Under the pieces are notes generated by a model. The model saw only the letters and a program-made list of their open reading frames with translations, was not told the DNA's origin and did no database searches. A program made the translations under genes and the position numbers. A stretch of DNA of 22,091 bases from Candidatus Micrarchaeia archaeon (GTDB lineage: Archaea > Micrarchaeota > Micrarchaeia > CAILAH01), in NCBI GenBank assembly GCA_038740245.1, contig JAVYLZ010000008.1, positions 1-22,091 of the forward strand, in the 5' to 3' direction. The stretch's first letter is position 1. Every line of letters starts with the position of its first letter. Below are positions 16,536 to 22,091 of this stretch, one piece after another.

Positions 16536-17336
16536 GTGCCAAGGATACCCAAGCTGTATATGATTGCCGGCGTGGTCTTTGTAACAGCAATTGCGCTGTT
16601 TATACTGTTCCAGGCAGGAATAGTGATATTTGCAATAGGCCTGCTTCTTGCGCTGCTGGTTGGTGCATTCATTTACTTCGGGCATTTCATCACGCCGCTC
16701 ATAACACGCATAGCTGGCATAACCTACCGAAAAGGTGAGTATATTTTCCCGCCGGGGCAGGATGTGATAGTGAAAAAGAGCGGGGATAAGTATATGGCCG
16801 CCAAATTCATGCTGGTAAACATACCAGAGCGCGAGGAGGTTTCAGGAAAGCGCGAGGAGCGGTCCGAAGTGTACCTGAAGGACTTTGAGGCCGCAGTGAG
16901 CGCGATACACGTGCCTGTGAAATTCAATATGCTGCTCGCGACCAAGGACATAAGCGCCTACAGGGAAAGCATACAGTCCAAGGTATACGAGTACGGACTC
17001 AGGATAAAGCGTGAGATGGAAAAGGCCGAGCCCGACGTGATAAAGCTTGACAAGTGGCAGAAGGAGAAGGAGTTTAACGAGAACCTTCTCAAGCGGCTTG
17101 CAAGCGGCGTGAAGCCGATGGCCTGCGTGATGTATGTTATGACATTGGCCAAGGGCATAACGCAAAAGGAAGCCATTGACAAGGTAAAGGCCAATGCCAA
17201 GGAGATCAAGGCGGTCATCTCAAACAACCTCAACGCCGAGGTAACCGACCTTATTGGCGAGGATGCAGAGCTCTGCCTTGAGTGGGAGCGTGCGCTGCCC
17301 ACAAGCTATGAAGAGCTTGTTGCAGCTACGGATTAG
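16536..17336 (+). CDS. Membrane protein, paralog of the upstream gene (VirB3/VirB4-N-terminal-like)
   Basis: GTG 16536 follows a GGTGA RBS and is preferred over TTG 16500. Two TMs; aligns with the upstream protein through to the shared C.EWE motif. Confidence 0.6.
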   Translation: MPRIPKLYMIAGVVFVTAIALFILFQAGIVIFAIGLLLALLVGAFIYFGHFITPLITRIAGITYRKGEYIFPPGQDVIVKKSGDKYMAAKFMLVNIPEREEVSGKREERSEVYLKDFEAAVSAIHVPVKFNMLLATKDISAYRESIQSKVYEYGLRIKREMEKAEPDVIKLDKWQKEKEFNENLLKRLASGVKPMACVMYVMTLAKGITQKEAIDKVKANAKEIKAVISNNLNAEVTDLIGEDAELCLEWERALPTSYEELVAATD

Positions 17337-17345
17337 GTGTATGCG

Positions 17346-18914
17346 ATGGGAGTGATAACCGTAAAGAACAGGAAGCTATACAGCTCTGATGTGGCGTCGC
17401 GCGGCATTGTCAGCAGGCCGCCAGAGCCGCCTGCCGAGCTCATAACCGGCGATCCAACAAACTCCATCTATATCGGCAGGACTGCGGTGTTCAACGAGCC
17501 GTTCCACTGGAGCTATGAGAATGTTACAAACCCCCACATCGCAGTGGTTGGTATCTCAGGTGCAGGCAAGTCATACTTCATCAAGACATTTCTCACACGC
17601 GCATCTTTCGTGTGGGGCACAAACGCGCTCATAATTGACTGGGCCGGCGAATATAAGGAATGGGTAAAGCAGGCCGGCGGCAAGGTGCTCGCGCTCGGGA
17701 AGGGGTCATACCTGAACCTGCTTGACCTTGCGGGCATGCGGCCGCTTGACCGCATAAAGCAGATAAGCAGGAGCCTTGAGATACTTACGGACATCGGCTC
17801 ATACCCTGAGCAGAAGCGGCTTACCGAGGAAGCGATCGAGCGCGCATATGTTGACAAGGGGTTCAAGCTTTCCGTAAAGGACCAGAAGGATGCGCTTGGC
17901 AACCCGCTTACTCCCCCCACACTCAAGGACGTTGTGCGGGTGCTTGAGGACAAGCTTGCTTCCGGCACCTATGAGTTCCCAGTAGAGCTTGAAAACGCAA
18001 TATACAGGCTCAAGAAATTCACGCGCGAGGGTGAGGATTTCTTTGCCGAGCAGAGCACTATAAAGCTTAACGAGCTCATTTCATCCGGCCTTGTGGGGCT
18101 TGACTTATCGGGCCTGCCTGATGAGACGATGCGTGCGCTTGCTGCGCTGTCAATACTCCAGTTCATCAAGGAAAAAATGCGCGCCTCGGGCTGGGAAAAA
18201 CAGAAGGGCATCAAGCTCATCATAGTGCTTGATGAGGCATGGAAGATTGCAAAGGACGATAACGGCGATCCGGTTATGATTGTAAGGGAAGGACGCAAGT
18301 ACAACTTTGCGCTGCTTGTCGCATCGCAAAACCCCACGGACATAAGCGAGGCGATATTCTCAAATGTCGGCACGACGTTTATACTCAGGGTCAAGTTTGA
18401 GAAGTTCCTTGACTATTTGCAGAACACGCTGAACTTCAGCGATTACATGCGGCAACAGATTGCGCGCCTTGGGGTTGGGCAGGCCGCAGTGAACATGGCG
18501 CTCCAGACAAGCACACCGTACCCCGAGACGTTCCTGCTCTCCAAAATAGAAGGTGAGGAGCCGGTGGTTGAATACTTCCTGGACGTGCAGCCAAAATTGA
18601 TTGGTGGAGAGGATATTGTGGGCAAAACATTCTCGTTTGAAAGGAATGAGCTTCGCAAGAAGCTCCGGCTGTTTGGGCTGAATGACGAAAAGGTGGAGGA
18701 GATAACCTCAACATTTGACAAGCAGAACAGGCATATGGACATCGTTGACTTCGTGATTATGCTTGAACGTTACGGCATAGACCGCAACGACATTACGGGT
18801 TACCTGAAGGACTTGGGTGTGGAGGACAGCGTGATAATCAACATACTTTCAGAAGCGGATTATAAGAAACAGGGCATCCGTGGCGAGAGCACGGAGGTTG
18901 AGCTGAATGATTAA
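17346..18914 (+). CDS. VirB4/HerA-family P-loop ATPase (DUF87-like) with an extra C-terminal helical domain
   Basis: NPHIAVVGISGAGKS Walker A, IIDWAGEY, LNLLDL, PTL.D, IIVLDEAW Walker B, REGRKYN arginine finger and ASQ motif. ATG 17346 follows an AGGTG RBS. Confidence 0.9.
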   Translation: MGVITVKNRKLYSSDVASRGIVSRPPEPPAELITGDPTNSIYIGRTAVFNEPFHWSYENVTNPHIAVVGISGAGKSYFIKTFLTRASFVWGTNALIIDWAGEYKEWVKQAGGKVLALGKGSYLNLLDLAGMRPLDRIKQISRSLEILTDIGSYPEQKRLTEEAIERAYVDKGFKLSVKDQKDALGNPLTPPTLKDVVRVLEDKLASGTYEFPVELENAIYRLKKFTREGEDFFAEQSTIKLNELISSGLVGLDLSGLPDETMRALAALSILQFIKEKMRASGWEKQKGIKLIIVLDEAWKIAKDDNGDPVMIVREGRKYNFALLVASQNPTDISEAIFSNVGTTFILRVKFEKFLDYLQNTLNFSDYMRQQIARLGVGQAAVNMALQTSTPYPETFLLSKIEGEEPVVEYFLDVQPKLIGGEDIVGKTFSFERNELRKKLRLFGLNDEKVEEITSTFDKQNRHMDIVDFVIMLERYGIDRNDITGYLKDLGVEDSVIINILSEADYKKQGIRGESTEVELND

Positions 18915-19281
18915 GGAGAGGGGCAAGCACCTGAGAGGCGCATCAAAAAACAGTGTGTGCATACTTTGCGAGAAGCTGGGAGCTCGCGGCAGGGCCGTTA
19001 AAGAGGACTATTTAATAGCGGCGATACGCGCAGTGAAGCGGCTCTTCAAGATGGAAGCCGGCAATAAGCTGGTCGTGTGCGATGAGTGCTATCCTGCCTA
19101 CAGTAAGAAGCGCGGGGAGTTTGAGAAAGGCCTGCTCATCTACGGTATAATCGGCATGGCAATCATGCTGCTGCTTCTTATTATGAGCTTCTCGCTTGGG
19201 AGCCTGATTTCCGGATTGCTTATGCTGTTGTTCCTGCTCATACTTGCACACATCAAGTACACGCCTAAAGTAGAGGGTTGA
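18907..19281 (+). CDS. Small membrane protein with CxxC...CxxC putative zinc site and C-terminal TM hairpin
   Basis: CILC and CDEC motifs, two hydrophobic segments, GGAGGT RBS; overlaps the ATPase stop. Confidence 0.72.
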   Translation: MIKERGKHLRGASKNSVCILCEKLGARGRAVKEDYLIAAIRAVKRLFKMEAGNKLVVCDECYPAYSKKRGEFEKGLLIYGIIGMAIMLLLLIMSFSLGSLISGLLMLLFLLILAHIKYTPKVEG

Positions 19282-19284
19282 AAA

Positions 19285-20043
19285 ATGGCTGAAACTGAGA
19301 GAACTGAAGCGCAGCCGGCACGGCTTGACCTGGTGCCAGAGCCGATGGGCGCATCATTCAAGTTTGGTGCCAGGCGCAAGGTTGATGCTGCACAGCTGGC
19401 CAAAATGCTCTCAAGCATACCCGATATTGAGGTTGTTGAGCAAAAGGGCACTGTCTGCATGATAAAGGTTGACAGCAGGGATATTGACGGTATGCCTTAC
19501 CTGTTCACGATTGTGTATTTCAATGAGAATAACATTGAGGTTCTCTACACCATTACCCCGGAAATAAGCCTTAGGAAGCGGCGGCTTGAGCTGCTCAGGT
19601 TTCTTGTTAATACGGTGACAATGCTTTCAGATGCCTATGACATTGACCTGCCAAGCTTTATGCAGCTGCTTGATGTTTTCCTCGCGGACATTAAAGAATT
19701 TGCAACACTTGACTATGAGAAGCTGTTCACGCGGTATGATGCAGCCCTTGCGCGGCTTGAGGAGGCAAAGAAAAAGATAGAGCGGCTTACTGAGAGCAAC
19801 GAGCGGCTGAGCAAGGATGTGCTTGAGATTACAAACCAGCGCAACGAGCTTAGGCTCAAGCTTGATGAGCTTGAGAAGTATTCTGACGATGCGCTCATGA
19901 TAAAGGTGCAGGAGTGGATAAAGGAGCACAACAATGAGATTAACATAGGTGATTTCTGCAAGCTTTACAAAGTCAATGAAAGCCGTGTTGAGCAGATACT
20001 CAACAAGATGGTGCGCGAAGGGTATCTTGAAGTAAGGCGCTGA
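19285..20043 (+). CDS. Hypothetical protein: N-terminal alpha/beta domain, coiled coil, C-terminal winged helix
   Basis: 252 aa; heptad pattern YDAALARLEEAKKKIERLTESNERLSKDVLEITNQRNELRLKLDELEK; C-terminal INIGDFCKLYKVNESRVEQILNKMVREGYL. Confidence 0.75.
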   Translation: MAETERTEAQPARLDLVPEPMGASFKFGARRKVDAAQLAKMLSSIPDIEVVEQKGTVCMIKVDSRDIDGMPYLFTIVYFNENNIEVLYTITPEISLRKRRLELLRFLVNTVTMLSDAYDIDLPSFMQLLDVFLADIKEFATLDYEKLFTRYDAALARLEEAKKKIERLTESNERLSKDVLEITNQRNELRLKLDELEKYSDDALMIKVQEWIKEHNNEINIGDFCKLYKVNESRVEQILNKMVREGYLEVRR

Positions 20044-20061
20044 GCCGCAGGTGTTCACAGG

Positions 20062-22091
20062 ATGGCTGACAAAGTATACCGGTTTGTCCCGAAAAAAGAA
20101 AAGAAATATGTGCGCGAGTTTAAGCCGGTAAAGGAAAAAACGCTCAGTTTTGACAGCATCCGCGAGATATTCCTCGCCACAATCAAGAAAAAGCGTGGTG
20201 CGGCCGGCCCTTCTGAAACCCGCGCAATTGACAAGAACAGGCCTGTGGTTAAGAGCGCGTTGCGCAGCGTTTTCCTGTATATAGGTATGTTCATACTGGC
20301 GCTTGGGCTTATTATCGGCTATATCCTGTTCAGCCTGCAGGGCATTGTTCTGGAGACGGGGCCGGCTGTGCCGCCAGGTGAGGAAACGCTTAATGTCCGC
20401 ATAATTGAAAGCGGGATTGCAAACATCAAGGGTCTTGATGTTTATACACCCTACGCAATAGTAGCGGCTGATTCATACGGGCTTGGCAAAGTTGAGCTGG
20501 TAATGGAGGCTGCTGACGGCCCGATGTTCAGCCAGGTGTATGTACTGAACTCGCGCAGGGAGCAGGGTGCGTCTTATCAGGAGTTCAAGGATGAGCTTGC
20601 ACGGCTGCTGTGGAAAGATGGCATTGTTGTAAACGAGATTTACCTGGACGAGCTTGCGCACGTCCCCAAAGGTGCCAATTCAATAATAATCGTGCCGACC
20701 GGCTATATGCCAGCAGAGCTTGCAACAAGCCCAAACAAGAACATAATGGAGCTCGCAAACAGAGGGGCAACTATAATATATATCGGGTACGGCATTCACG
20801 AGGGGCTTATGGATGAGCGCAGGGGCAGGGTTTTCCCGGGGGTTGACTACTCAGTCCAGTCGGTTGAGAAAAGCCTCGGCATAAGCACAAGCGGCCAGGC
20901 ACCGGCGGCTTCAGGGCTGCGCCTGCAGCAGGCAAGATATGGTGTTACATCCGCATCAGTTCAATCGGAGCGGAAGTCCACTGTAAGATATATATACGGT
21001 GCGGTCTCAGCGGTAAGCTGGGGCGGAGATGGTTACCTGCTTGCCGTGCCCAATACACTTGACAGCGGCTGGGTGAACGGCAAGGCAGCCGCCGCAGATA
21101 TTGCAAAAATAATCAGTGAAAAGGCATGGTATACTGAATTTGGGAGATTCGCTGGGAGAAGCATAAAGGATTCAATTGAAACAACTGAAAACGCAACTGT
21201 TACTTCGCTGCTCATAACACCTGGCAAGGAAGGCCTTGCGTCATCAGGCATGCGCATTTACGCATACGGTTATGATTCAAGGGACCGCTTGGTAATTTCG
21301 CAAAGCACATATGTTTATGCAACGCGTGAGCAGCGGGGCCAGCTTGGCAACGAGTTATACTCGCTTTCAGAGCGGCTTAGCGGCAAGAAACTGGCTGTTG
21401 AAGCAGTCCTTAATGAAAGTGCTGACAAGTTCAGGCAGCCGCTCCCGCTATTCATAACTGTAACTGACAGCAGCGGCAACCAAATATCAGAGCAGTTTTT
21501 CGGTACCGGCCCGATACTCCCAATACGCGAGTACAGGCAGAGCTGGCAGTATGACCCGTCCATGGGTCCTGGCAGGTACCTGCTCAAGGTTGAGGCACCG
21601 ACTGCACCAAGGACAGTCCTTGCCAAATCAATACTTATTGTCCCCGAAGTTAAGATAGAGCCATATTCCCTTGATTGGAGGACCCAGGAATTCTATTTCA
21701 GGGTTAATGTGCCAGAGCTAAGCTCACAGAACGAAAGATTCACACAAAGCCTTGCTGACACGTACGTGACGGTTGACAATGACCCTGAGACGCGCACAAA
21801 AATAGTTGTGGGCAAATATGGCACTGATACTGTTGCCAGGGTTGCAATAACCAAACCCCTTGCAGAAAATGCCGAGCACGTGTTCAGGTTTGATGTGCAG
21901 TCGCTTGAGTATAAGGGCAGGTCCGAGATATCACGTGGATGGTGGGAGCAGTGGTGGTTCTGGGCAGGGGTTGCCCTTACGCTTGGCATTGTTGGCATTG
22001 GCATTATGTTCAAGGCACGCGAGAAAATCGTCTATTCACTTGACATACCCGACTTTGAGATACGCAAGAAGAAAAAGATTGCAATAAAAAG
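20062..22091 (+). CDS. Large two-TM membrane protein with ~540-aa extracellular domain (3'-truncated; absent from the ORF track)
   Basis: Manual translation from ATG 20062 (AGGTG RBS) has no stop to the window end (at least 676 aa). MADKVYRFVPKKEKK..., TM1 VFLYIGMFILALGLIIGYILFSL, TM2 WWFWAGVALTLGIVGIGIMF, then cytoplasmic YSLDIPDF. Confidence 0.88.
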   Translation, partial: MADKVYRFVPKKEKKYVREFKPVKEKTLSFDSIREIFLATIKKKRGAAGPSETRAIDKNRPVVKSALRSVFLYIGMFILALGLIIGYILFSLQGIVLETGPAVPPGEETLNVRIIESGIANIKGLDVYTPYAIVAADSYGLGKVELVMEAADGPMFSQVYVLNSRREQGASYQEFKDELARLLWKDGIVVNEIYLDELAHVPKGANSIIIVPTGYMPAELATSPNKNIMELANRGATIIYIGYGIHEGLMDERRGRVFPGVDYSVQSVEKSLGISTSGQAPAASGLRLQQARYGVTSASVQSERKSTVRYIYGAVSAVSWGGDGYLLAVPNTLDSGWVNGKAAAADIAKIISEKAWYTEFGRFAGRSIKDSIETTENATVTSLLITPGKEGLASSGMRIYAYGYDSRDRLVISQSTYVYATREQRGQLGNELYSLSERLSGKKLAVEAVLNESADKFRQPLPLFITVTDSSGNQISEQFFGTGPILPIREYRQSWQYDPSMGPGRYLLKVEAPTAPRTVLAKSILIVPEVKIEPYSLDWRTQEFYFRVNVPELSSQNERFTQSLADTYVTVDNDPETRTKIVVGKYGTDTVARVAITKPLAENAEHVFRFDVQSLEYKGRSEISRGWWEQWWFWAGVALTLGIVGIGIMFKAREKIVYSLDIPDFEIRKKKKIAIK

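Noticed and set aside
15278..22091. The tRNA 3' fragment as an att site of an integrated conjugative element
   Set aside because: The 3' fragment is not a duplicate, since the 5' part lacks its own 3' end, and the junction forms a strict BHB. No integrase is visible.

Overview
Archaeal chromosome segment, most likely from a DPANN lineage such as Micrarchaeota. This is inferred from Sec61beta, TATA boxes, GGTGA ribosome-binding sites, CCA-less tRNAs and a bulge-helix-bulge (BHB) intron. Left to right: (i) end of a COG1361-type surface protein and two paralogous MacB/FtsX-type ABC permeases; (ii) tRNA-Ser(CGA) preceded by a ~127-nt hairpin-packed leader; (iii) a minus-strand block with an HD dNTPase-like protein, an AbrB/wHTH-like protein, AMMECR1 and Sec61beta (missed by the ORF track); (iv) a minus-strand three-gene surface operon encoding a coiled-coil protein with a beta-barrel-like C-terminus and two Ig/carboxypeptidase-regulatory-domain proteins; (v) tRNA-Lys(UUU) split in the T-loop (59/60) by a 195-nt BHB intron full of triloop hairpins and a 26-nt direct repeat, sharing motifs with the tRNA-Ser leader; (vi) a plus-strand operon with a VirB2-like pilin, two paralogous membrane proteins, a short VirB4/HerA-like ATPase and three accessory proteins, with no relaxase or integrase in the window. 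Strongest leads: a tRNA-associated palindromic element that in one case sits inside a spliceable intron, a chromosomal T4SS/Ced-like system with an apparently split VirB4, and a beta-barrel-like protein co-encoded with invasin-type Ig proteins in an archaeon. All family assignments come from motif recognition by eye, not database searches.
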